Made by a program: the position numbers and the translations under genes. Shown here one piece after another: positions 1 through 9,867 of a DNA stretch of 32,960 nucleotides. The notes under the pieces are model-generated. The model did not search any database. It saw only the letters and a list, made by a program, of their open reading frames with translations, and was not told the DNA's origin. Position 1 is the stretch's first letter; every line of letters begins with the position of its first letter. This DNA comes from Octopus bimaculoides (lineage: Eukaryota): positions 39,532,783-39,565,742 of the forward strand of contig NC_068996.1 of assembly GCF_001194135.2 (NCBI RefSeq), written 5' to 3'.

Positions 1-721
1 GGTTCTTTTCCCTAAAACTATATATTTATATATATTTTACTCTGTGAAACTTACTTTAATTTTAATAAATTGATTTTGAGTTTTTAGCTGTAATTTTGGA
101 TTTTATCCCTATTATATATATATATATATTAAACATATACAAACATAAAATATACTGTATTAAAAAGTTTCCCAAAATTAAACATTTATAGAAACTGACA
201 CAAATATGTTACCCAAACATTCACATACAAAAACATTTAGCCTTATACAGTAACAAAAAATACAATAAATTTCTTCAAATTCAGCGCTTTGTTTCGCTAA
301 AGAACAGAAAGTATGTTTTACTTTTTTTTTTTTTTCAAAGACCATGTAGATTTTTTTTTAAAGACTTCAGGGAAACCACCTTTATGAAATGTCGCAGTAT
401 AGAATGTGGCCCTGTTGATCGCGGGGCACCTGCTTACATCGTTTCTGTATGAACACTACATGACAAACAGCTGCCTCTACACACCACCAAACAGTATGTC
501 AACAATCTAACCTAACCACGAAGTCTCTCACACATCCTTGTTGTAACCTGTTATGTTATTTTATTTCATGTATGGCAATCATTGTATTTTATAACGGAGG
601 AAAAATCGTCGCTTACCATTTCAGTTTCAATCTCACGTCGTATATCAGTTTCGCATTTCCTTATCATCGTTAAAATCTCTAAGGCAGAATCGTTACCGCA
701 CCAGGAAAAATGCTTAGCGGT

Positions 722-1703
722 CAGACGTCGAGTTGAAGTTATTTCGTGAGTCTATGTTGAACTGTTTATTTGAATTGTTACCATTGTTGATTCGTTGATT
801 GCTGTTTTGTTTCCCATTGTGGGAAAATGGAGAAGGCGCCGGAGGCAGGCCCAAGTTATGCGGCCGCAACGAGCAGAGGAGTAGACGTGCAAGAGTTGGA
901 GGTCTGCGAAATAAAAGTGGAGCCTAGAAAGATGAAAGAGAGTGAAAAACTAATCCCTAAGGAAGGTAACATACTGAAATTAACGCCACCCGAAGAGACT
1001 TCGGCCATTGTATTAAGAAAAACTGATATTCAAAACCATGAAGAGAGCTACAAGAAAAATGGAGGTTGCACTGATAGAAGCCACAGAAGAGTGTATCAAG
1101 GAATTGAAAAGACTTACAAGCTACATTACGAGAGGGAGAAAATATGCCACTGTGGAGGTGCGCTTCACAACAGAGGAGGAAGCAATAAAGCACACCACAG
1201 AAGCAATAAGGACAGAGGAATGGGTGCTCTTGCCTTCGTACTGCGGCAAACGTGTGGCCAAGGTGCGACTGGGTAAGGTACAACCCGAATTGAAAGAAGA
1301 ATAGCTGATGACAGCCATAATATATAATATGAAAGACGGGCGAGATTCTGAAGGCTACAAGGACCCAAAAGGTGAGCTACTATGGTATCGAATTAACGAA
1401 TCAGGCAACAACGGAGGACTTGAATAGTGTGGTGGATGAGATTGTGCTGCCGGAAGATGTGAAGCTGAGAGTTACTGTGGAGGGTAGGCCACCAGTGTGC
1501 TTCACATGTGGAGAAAGGGGCCACATGAAGGCATGGTGCACCCAAAGAAAGCCACAAACAGAACGGTCCAAATGGTACTGCATGGGAGTGGGGCTCATGC
1601 GTCCATTTTCATATAACTTTCATATTTTTTGTCCCCACAGTGGTCTTGTCTGTCCTTGTGGTGTCCCCATCTATGTTTAGGGCTTTATGCCTAATAAAGA
1701 AAT
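722..1703 (+). mobile_element. ORF1-only non-autonomous non-LTR (Tx1/L1-like) element, copy 1, internally deleted, inserted in a SINE
   Basis: Flanked by CGGT at 718-721 and 1704-1707. A SINE 5' half (ggcagaatcgtt...tgcttagcggt) lies upstream and a SINE 3' half (cggtatttc...gagttcaaat...gtcgactttgcc) downstream. Ends in cctAATAAAgaaat. Homologous to 5053-6110 and 6213-7033. Confidence 0.75.
827..1564 (+). pseudogene. Disrupted gag-like ORF1 with CCHC zinc knuckle (Tx1-type ORF1p)
   Basis: Track ORFs 827-1276, 1038-1304 and 1372-1680 join through two frameshifts and a TAG (1305-1307). N-terminal SYAAA motif. RVTVEGRPPVCFTCGERGHMKAWC is a CX2CX4HX4C knuckle preceded by a V-x-GRPP motif typical of L1/Tx1 ORF1. 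Confidence 0.75.
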
Positions 1704-2308
1704 CGGTATTTCTTCCGATTTCATGTACTGAGTTCAAATGCGTCCAAGGTCGACTTTGCCTTATATCCTTTCCGAAGTTGATGAAATAAGTACCAGTTGA
1801 GTACTGGGGTCGATGTACACCCTTCTCCGAACACGTTGGCCTTGAAACACATTCAATAGCTCGAACGCTATTATCCATAAAGAACTACATACACAAAGCA
1901 TATGTATGTTGAACTTTATTTCAATCTTTGCTATATAACAGTGGTAAATTAACCTGCTGATCTTCTTTCCATTAATAGATAAGAGAAATATGGTGGCTGA
2001 GCTATATCTTTTTAAAGTCACAGTTAATATATAAAAAAGTTAAATAAAATGAATTCAAGCTTTATAATTATTAACTTGGTATGAATTGATACCAGCAGTG
2101 TAGTGCTGTGAGAATCACTTCTACTTTTGCCGCAAAGGGCAGTCCCTATTTCAAATAAACCCAAATATAAACTTGTAATAATTTTATTTTCTGCTATACT
2201 TTCTCATACACCGAATTGGCCATAGTGTCACCTGATATTACTGTTACTAGTGTCGAAAAGTCCAAATGATGAGTAAGCATTGCAATCTTAAACACATATA
2301 ATGTAAGA

Positions 2309-2309
<1 letters not shown>

Positions 2310-2357
<48 letters not shown>
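2310..2357. repeat. Poly-A tract (48 nt)
   Basis: Direct read of the sequence. Confidence 0.95.
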
Positions 2358-2360
<3 letters not shown>

Positions 2361-2509
2361 TAATTTTTCAGATTAACACCCGCACGATCTTCACTAGGGT
2401 TAGGGACGGAATTCCCGAAGTCTAACCCTAAAACCAATCCTAAAACCCTAACCCTAAAACCCCAACACCTTAGTGAAAATCGTGCGGGTGTTAATCTGAA
2501 AAATTACCC
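2358..2509. mobile_element. 152-bp MITE with 42-bp TIRs and internal telomere-like (TTAGGG/CCCTAA) motifs
   Basis: gggtaatttttcagattaacacccgcacgatcttcactaggg (2358-2399) is the reverse complement of 2468-2509 with 2 mismatches. The interior has ttaggg and repeated ccctaa. Confidence 0.85.
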
Positions 2510-2809
2510 AAAAATGTAACTGCTGAAGAATTTTAAATGAATCATTAGTCTACATGAAACAAAACGCATTAAAATATGTTCAAACATCAAAAGTTATCCA
2601 ATATGTAAAGCATATGAGATTTATTTAAAGTTTTTGTTATACAAGAAAGTTAAATAATCCATAACTCAGGAGATGCATGCAACTTTGCAAATATATATCG
2701 GATGAGCTCAACCAACCTTTTTTAAATAGAATGTGTTGTTGACATTCAAAAAACAACAGAGTCTAAAGCAAATGTTAGTATTCTACAAAAGTAATTTTCA
2801 GTGTTGCAA

Positions 2810-3588
2810 CAGAGGAACGTCTGCAGGATTAAGTGCTCCAATCCACAGTGATGTTAACTTTTCCCATTCCTCTTTGTCTGTTATATCATCCATCAAGAAT
2901 ACTTTCGAAGTCACCAAGAAAGGGCGTTACTTTCCGGGTTAAAAAGAAGCGGTGTGTATGAAGGTTCTTATTTTCAAGTGGTCTTATCTCGCTTCGTTTT
3001 GGATTTATTCCGCTTTCTGTGAGCATCACTGCAGGAAAAATTCTCACTGCAATACTTGGAAGCATACGCAAATCGGGTAGAAGGCCATGATAATTGCAAG
3101 TGTTGCAAAACTTGTCAAATCTGTTAGAAAACCCGAGTCTCAACAAATAGTCTGCCGCTCTAAGGAAAATTAAACGGAAAAAACTGCAGAGAGGACTGTA
3201 TGACTTCAATCCACCTGTAAAGTCCTTTCGGAGACCTTGAAATAAGCAAATGGGCTGTGATAATAAAGAAACCATATTTTGTATGGTAAAATAGAACGAT
3301 GGTTCTGAGACTCATTTTCCTTGTAAGTTGTTAATTCATTGAACGTAAGAGTAAAACACTGAACAGAAGAAGAAAAATCGTTCTACTTATCAAAGTTATT
3401 GGACGAATTCATATGCATAATTTTCCAAAAATATTGGCTGAGTTTATTTACACAAGCCTCTTCACTATACATATCACTTTTATCAGTCAAATTGAAGATT
3501 TTCTGGTTAAATGCATTAATTCGCCTTCGTATTTGATTTGCAAGAGTCCCGATGTCAAATCGTGTTTCGATACAAATTTTGTTGTTTC
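2810..3588 (-). other. Possible degraded spliced coding region (two phase-compatible exon candidates) of unknown product
   Basis: Open stretch 3588-3387 (NNKICIETRFDIGTLANQIRRR...) follows a ctatcag acceptor. A strong ttttttccgtttaattttccttag acceptor at 3160-3161 leads into AADYLLRLGFSNRFDKFCNTCNYHGLLP.... The donor (gtagaa) is weak and no family was recognised. Confidence 0.25.
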
Positions 3589-4713
3589 CTGATAGGGTGA
3601 TTATCTATAAAACTCAAAATGTGTGTGTGTATGTTTTTTATGCATTTCCACATTTTTCATCTGATTTTGGTGAAATCTTTTTTATTAAATGGCAAATTTA
3701 CCCAGCTAGATCACTGCCGCATTACAGTTGCCTAGGGATACCCACTTCTAGTAGAAAAATCGATAAAACTGAAGGGACCCCCAACTTTTTGAAAAAAAAA
3801 AAAAAGGCAGAAGTTGCACGCGAGAAACGTTTTTACATGAACGTCCGATTTTTATAATTTTTGTGTAAAAAAGGACCGCCACGTTGCGACATTTCAGACA
3901 AATATTTTGGCACTGCCTTGGGGCTTCAGATTCCCAAGAAAACTGCGAAAAATCGATTTTTCTTATATTTGCAAAGTTACACGGTAGAAAACTTTTTACT
4001 GGAAAGTCGGATGCTCAAGAGTCGGATGCCAAAAAATAACCCTCCTGTTCGCCCCGAAAGCCAAAATGAAAAATGTGGTCTACCGTGAGGTGCTTTAGGC
4101 TGCCCAACATACCGCAGCTTCCCTGCCGAACTTGAATTCAGATATATTCATCAACACACACACTTAGATTGATTAAACACATTCGTAATTTCCGTTTATA
4201 AAAACGAAAGATGAACAACTGATGAATATTTATAGGAAAATGTTATTAATATTAGCAGTTGGGTTTTCTCTGCTTTTGAATGTTTGTGCATCGATTTTTG
4301 CCATTTTATTCCTTTAGCATTCAAATTTCTTTGTCAAATATATTGCTTATTTTATTGACTTAATCTGTGCATTTTTTTTTTCTTAAAATCTAAAACGTAA
4401 CAGCGCGCAGCTCAAAATAAAGAACAACGCATAACTTTGACGTGCTTTGGCCTACAGGTTTGAGCTGTCATTTGAGTTACATTCTTGTATTCACTTGGTA
4501 CTGTCTGTTTAAAAATATTACTTCCACTTTGCCCGATTAACTATTTCCATTCAAATACGAGTTTAATTAGTCATTGTTCCCTTTGTGTTCGTTTTGCTAC
4601 TTGCTTTCTTCATAACCCATTACTACTGTCATGCTTCCTAAGAAAAGGTCATGTCTTAGTCATCATACAGACGCTGCTTTAGCCTCAGAACAAAGGAAAT
4701 CTAACGAGTTGTC

Positions 4714-4880
4714 TTGAGACTGCAGTTTGACAGTCACAGAATGGCACTCGAAATGCATTTACTAGGTCGTCCGAAACAGAAGAATGGAATATCCAGGATA
4801 CTATCAGAACTCTATCGACTTCGCTTTGCCATGTCCATCAACAAGTCCCAAAGCCAAATGCTAACAACAGCAGGTCTCCA
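4714..4880 (+). pseudogene. Helitron PIF1-like helicase fragment
   Basis: ...RLRFAMSINKSQSQMLTTAGL matches the Helitron helicase motif RLAFAMTINKSQGQTL..VGL. Cut off by the SINE at 4881. Confidence 0.75.
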
Positions 4881-5052
4881 TTTCTTTTCTACTCTAGGCA
4901 CAATGCCCGAAATTTTTGGAGAAAGGCCGGTCGATTAGATCGACACCAGTAGACAACTGGTACTTAATTCATCGCCCCCCCCCCCCAAAGGATGAAAGGC
5001 AGTCAACTTTGGCGGAATTTGAACTGAGAACATAAAGACAGATGAAATACCG
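4881..5052 (-). mobile_element. SINE family 2 3' half (tail type B), host of ORF1 element copy 2
   Basis: Minus strand reads cggtatttcatctgtctttatgttctcagttcaaattccgcc...gtcgatctaatcgac...tttcgggcattgtgcctagagtagaaaag. Confidence 0.8.
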
Positions 5053-6110
5053 ATTTCTTTATTAGGCATAAAGCCCCAAACACAGATGGGGACACCGCAA
5101 GGACAGACAAGACCACAGTGGGGACAAAAAACACAAAACGAATCTAAATGAAATGAAAGTTATATAAAAATTAAAATGGACGCATGGACCCCACTTCCAT
5201 GCAGTACCATTTGAACCGTTATATGTACTATTTACAATTGTTCTTTTTTTTTTCCTTTAATTTCATATTTATTTTTATCTTTAGTAGACCTTCATTAGTG
5301 GTTCAATATCTCTTAAATCCACCACTGGTGGCAACTCTTTAAATTCCACCTTTACTCTTGGCGGGTCAACATTATCTCCACACATCTCTTTCAACTTTCT
5401 GTAGTTTTCCTCTTCAATCAGTTTTGCCTTCATATCGTCTGCGTAGACGTATGAAGGCACCTTCACTCTTACTACTGAGTGTAACTTGATTCTTTTTTTC
5501 TCTGTTTCAACATTTTTGGGGTACGTTACATAATACCATACTCCTTCTCCTCCTCGTATCTTCTTTCCTTTCTCTTGGACTTTTGGTTCTCTCATTTCTT
5601 CCTCCATAAATACTCTCCATCTCCCCTTCGTACAGTTGGGTTTCCCACACTTTCTCCACTGGTAACTCCACTTTCTTTTTCCTTCCTACTGCCCTCCTTC
5701 ACAGTTTCTGTTCTCACCTCTTCTCTCTTTCTTTTCTGCTTCTCTGGCGGAGAACTCATTCCTCCGCTCCTCCTTTTCTTTTTAACCATAGTCAATCCCT
5801 TCTCCGTTTCTTTTTCTGTTGCTTTGTCCTATACTACCTGGTCCACACTCTCCTGTCTCTCCTCCTGTTCTGTTTGTGGCTTTCTTTGGGTGCATTATGC
5901 CTACATGTGGCTCCTCTCTCCACATGTGAAACACACTGGTGGCCTACCCTCCACAGTAACTCTCAGCTTCACATCTTCCGGCAGCACAATCTCATCCACC
6001 ACACTATTCAAGTCCTCCGTTGTTGCCTGATTCGTTAATTCGATACCATAGTAGTTCACCTTTTGGGTCCTTGTAGCCTTCAGAATCTTCCCGTCTTTCA
6101 TATTATATAT
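5053..6110 (-). mobile_element. ORF1-only element copy 2 (5' part lost in gap); ORF1 remnant 5281-6110 plus ~230-bp 3' UTR
   Basis: Same ORF1 (IYNMKDGKILKATRTQKVNYY...CFTCGERSHM**, C-terminus ...DLRDIEPLMKVY stop at 5281). The same 3' tail ends cctaataaagaaat and abuts cggtatttc. Confidence 0.8.
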
Positions 6111-6212
6111 NNNNNNNNNNNNNNNNNNNNNNNNNNNNNNNNNNNNNNNNNNNNNNNNNNNNNNNNNNNNNNNNNNNNNNNNNNNNNNNNNNNNNNNNNN
6201 NNNNNNNNNNNN

Positions 6213-7033
6213 AATTGAAAGAAGAATAGCTGATGACAGCCATAATATATAATATGAAAGACGGGCGAGATTCTGAAGGCTACAAGGACCCAAAAGGTGA
6301 ACTACTATGGTATCGAATTAACGAGTCAGGCAACAACGGAGGACTTGAATAGTGTGGTGGATGAGATTGTGCTGCCGGAAGATGTGAAGCTGAGAGTTAC
6401 TGTGGAGGGTAGGCCACCAGTGTGTTTCACATGTGGAGAGAGGAGCCACAGCAAGGCGTGGTGCGCCCAAAGAGTACAACAAGCAGAACAGGTGGAGAGA
6501 CAGGAGAGTGTGGACCAGGTCATGGTAACAGAAAAAGAAAAAAGAAACCGAGAATGGATTTACTATGGTTAAAAAGAAAAGAAAGAGGAGCGCGGAGGAA
6601 TGAATTCTCTGCCAGAGAAGCAGAAAAAGAAGAGAGAAGAGGTGAGAAAAGAAAGTGTGATGGAGGGCAGTAGGAAGGAAGAAAATAGGGAAAGTAAAAA
6701 GAAAGTGGAGTTACCAGTAAAGGTACCGGTTGTTCCAGTGGAGAAAGATTCGGAAATACAAGTGGAGGAAGGAGAGTTGGAGAGATTATTTAGGATAGAA
6801 GAAGGAAAAAGGGAACAAAAAGTACAAGATAAAGGAAAGAAGATACGAGGAGGAGATGGAGTGTGGTATTATGTGACATACCCAAAGAATGTAGAAACAG
6901 AAAAAAAAGATAATTAAGTCTAATTCAATAGTAGGAGTGAAGGTGCCTTCATACGTCTACGCAGACGATATGAAGGCAAAACTGATTGAAGAAGAAGAGA
7001 ACTACAGAAAGTTGAAAGAGATGTGTGGAGATA
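6213..7033 (+). mobile_element. ORF1-only element copy 3 (5' in gap, 3' truncated)
   Basis: 6213 onward is near-identical to 1289 onward. Knuckle CFTCGERSHSKAWC. K/E-rich C-terminal half with frameshifts. Ends at gtggagata, where a gtcgacctcggcggaat SINE scrap begins. Confidence 0.8.
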
Positions 7034-7057
7034 GCGTCGACCTCGGCGGAATCGTTA

Positions 7058-7262
7058 AGAATGGCGAGCCGGCAAAAACGTTAAGCACGCTGAAAAAGGG
7101 GCTGTTCAGCATTTCGTCCAATTTTTACGGTCTGAGTTCAAATTCCGCTGTGGTCGTCTTTCGGGAGTCGATAAAATAACTACTAGTTGAGTACTGGAGT
7201 CGATGTAATCGACTTATCCCATTCCCCCGAAATTACTGGCCTTGTGCCAAAATTTGAAATCA
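7058..7262 (+). mobile_element. SINE family 2 (tail type A)
   Basis: ggcgagccggcaaaaacgttaagcacg...gagttcaaattccgc...gtcgatgtaatcgactta...ggccttgtgccaaaatttgaaat. Confidence 0.75.
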
Positions 7263-7279
7263 TTATTAGTTTGATCCAT

Positions 7280-7498
7280 AAGGCGGCGAGTTGGTAGAAT
7301 CATTAGCATACTGGACAAAATGGTTAGTGGCATTTCATTTAACTTTACGTTCTGAGTTCAAATGCCGGTGAGGTTGATTTTGCATTTCATCTTTTTTGGG
7401 GTCAGTAAAATAAGTACCAGTAGAAAACTGTGGGGTTGATGTACTCGACTAGTCCTCTCTAACAAAACTTTAGGTCTTGTGCCTATAGTAGAAACGAT
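7280..7498 (+). mobile_element. SINE family 2 (tail type B), full length
   Basis: aaggcggcgagttggtagaatcattagc...gagttcaaat...aagtaccag...cttgtgcctatagtagaaa. Confidence 0.75.
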
Positions 7499-9429
7499 TG
7501 TTATTTTGACGTTGAATGAGAGTTTTATAGGAGACAGTTACGTAAAAGTAAAAAATATTATGTTTTGGGCATAGTCCTTTGTCGGATATGCGGAAGAAAA
7601 TCCAGAGAAGAGGAAAATGAGGAAGGAAGAAGAGACAGGAATGGAGTTTCAGGTGAGAAGCATGTCCAGAAAACTTAAGAAAAAAAAAACTCATCTTTTC
7701 TGTTGCTGTCACAGTTTTTAATCTTTTAAATTTTGTTTCACTTGTTTCAAATTTGGTATATTGATATAGTTTAGTATGCTAATTATGGAAATGAAATTTA
7801 TTTTTACCATAAATTAACAAATAAAAAGTTAATAGCTTTTAAATTTTGCAAATTTTGGGTAATTTTAGCCAATCGAAAGCCACAGACATATTTGTATCTG
7901 TTTCCATAGTAACAAGCCAATGTATTGTCTGCTTATTGTCTTTATATGTTTATTTTCTGGGGCTGAACCACTACTAAGCTATTGATTACAACAGCTATGT
8001 TCGTGAAATATGTGCAGAGGATCTGCTCCGCCACCCAGTTCAGATAGGTGGTCCTGAGAAGATTGTCGAGATAGACGAAACAGTCTTCTCAAGATGTAAA
8101 TAGAACTGAAAGTGGAGGGATGGCCTGAACAGTGGGTTTCTGGAGGAATGTGTTGCAAGACCAGACATGATATTTTTTTTTATGCAGTGCCAAGTCGGTC
8201 ACCAAACTACAGCTCGCGGGGCGGACCCGGCCCGCCGCCGCCGCCGCACTGTACCTTTTGTGTAAGTACCTGCATTGTGAGTTCATTCCTGCAGCAATCA
8301 TGTTTTAACTCGCGTTGCCGCGTTTAAACATTCTCTTCACAAGAATGTTTGCTAAAAATGAATCTGTCACTCGTACAAGTTACAGAATAGTGCATAAGAT
8401 GGCAGAGTGAAGAAAACTGTTTACCGACAGCAACTTCATCAAAGAGTGTATGATGGAAGCAGCAAATAACTTGTGTCCTGAGAAAGCCGATTTGCTTGGA
8501 AGTCTCAGCCTTTCAGCAAGTTCAGCTGTGCTGAGAACAGAACTTGGAAAGAACATAGTGCTACAGATACGCGAGAAAGCTAAGAACTTCTTGTGGTATT
8601 CTCTGTCGCTGGATGAGTCTACTGTTCTCTCTAGTATGTCACAGCTTCTCGCGTTCATTCGTGGTATTAATTTGGACTTTCAGATCCCAGAAGAGTTGAC
8701 ACCTGTTTGCAGCATGCATAGAACAACAACTGGAGAAAACATTTTCATTGAAGTGCAGAAAACTTTGCAAGGCTTTAACCTTCAGTGGAATCAGCTTCGA
8801 TGTGGTACAGTTGATGGAGGAAAAAAAACATGGCTGGAGTGAGGAAGGGTCTGGTGGGGCAGATCAGAAAGATCTTCAACTTCCGGGTGCTCTGTTTATA
8901 CACTGCAAGCACTTCGTGAGAAAAACAGATATTTCTTGCGTATTGAAACCAGTCGTTTCTGCGGTGAAATTCATTTGGGGCCATGCCCTTAATCACCGCC
9001 AATTCCAGACTTTTCTTGAAGAAATTGATTCTGAATTCTGTGACTTGCCTTATCACACAGCAGTGAAATGGCTAACCTACGGTAAAGTCCAGTTTCGTTT
9101 TTATAAGCTCCGAGGAGAAATAGATATTTTTCTCACCGAAAAGGATAGAGCTGATCCATTTTTGTCAGATCCTACCTGGCTGTCAAAGTCGTCATTTTTG
9201 GTAGACATCACATCCCACATGAATGAATTGAACTTGAAACTTCAGGGAAAGGATAACCGTATATGTGATCTCTATAGAATCATTAAATGATTTCGGAGAA
9301 AGCTATCATTGCTCAAAACACAACTGGAAGGAGGAAACTTCTCTCATTTTCAGTGTTTTAAAGAGTTTTGCGCTGGAATCGCAAATGTCAACCTCGAGTT
9401 TCCAAAGAAGATTATTTGTGATTTAAATA

Positions 9430-9867
9430 CCGTAAATCCTCGAGTATAGTCCGCCTTTGAGTATAATACGCAGGGGATTTTTAGGGGGCTGTACCTCTGA
9501 AAAACTTAAACCTTGTGTATAGTACGCACCCCTTTTCTAACTAGAGTCAAGGAGGTCTATATAACGTCCTTGGTTTGTAAACGTATATACGGTAACGTCC
9601 TTTATTATTATTGTATATATAACATAATGTAAACGTGTAGCATTTTTGTGCACTTTGTTTGCAGAAAATAAAGAAATAGCAGTAATAACGTCAGTGAAAA
9701 ATAAATATTAAGTAAATTGCCTTTACATATTTATCACTATCAGATACAAGCCAGACATCACAAAATGCGTCTGAATAAACATTGCCGGACAGCATATAGA
9801 GACTCGGACATTGCTGAGAAAATATTTTTCATTTTTAACCTCGTATATAGTACGCACTAGGGATTTT
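9430..9867. mobile_element. Tc1/mariner pogo-like non-autonomous element inserted in the hAT (other end in gap)
   Basis: TA (9428-9429) followed by ccgtaaatcctcgagtatag, a CCGTA-type terminus. The internal motif tatagtacgcac recurs near 9520 and 9850. Confidence 0.6.

Larger units (their letters stand above)
681..1850 (+). mobile_element. tRNA-derived SINE (family 2) split by the ORF1 element; halves at 681-721 and 1704-~1850
   Basis: Box A-like ggcagaatcgtta in the 5' half. Box B-like gagttcaaat and the central gtcgactttgcc...aagtaccagtt in the 3' half. Matches intact copies at 7280-7498 and 25160-25370. Confidence 0.75.

Noticed and set aside
1-660. AT-rich start of the window as a host 3' UTR or regulatory region
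   Set aside because: No exon, splice or other supporting signal beyond base composition.
722-1703. LTR retrotransposon or DIRS interpretation of the gag-like element (4-bp TSD)
   Set aside because: No LTRs, TG...CA ends or inverted/split terminal repeats. The AATAAA tail is shared with a SINE and the ORF is L1/Tx1-like.
5575-6030. Plus-strand ORFs overlapping copy 2 (and minus-strand 1121-1598, 6326-6523)
   Set aside because: Antisense shadows of the ORF1 remnant.
7280-7380. tRNA genes at SINE heads (also 24046)
   Set aside because: Box A/B-like motifs only. No cloverleaf, and each continues into a SINE body.
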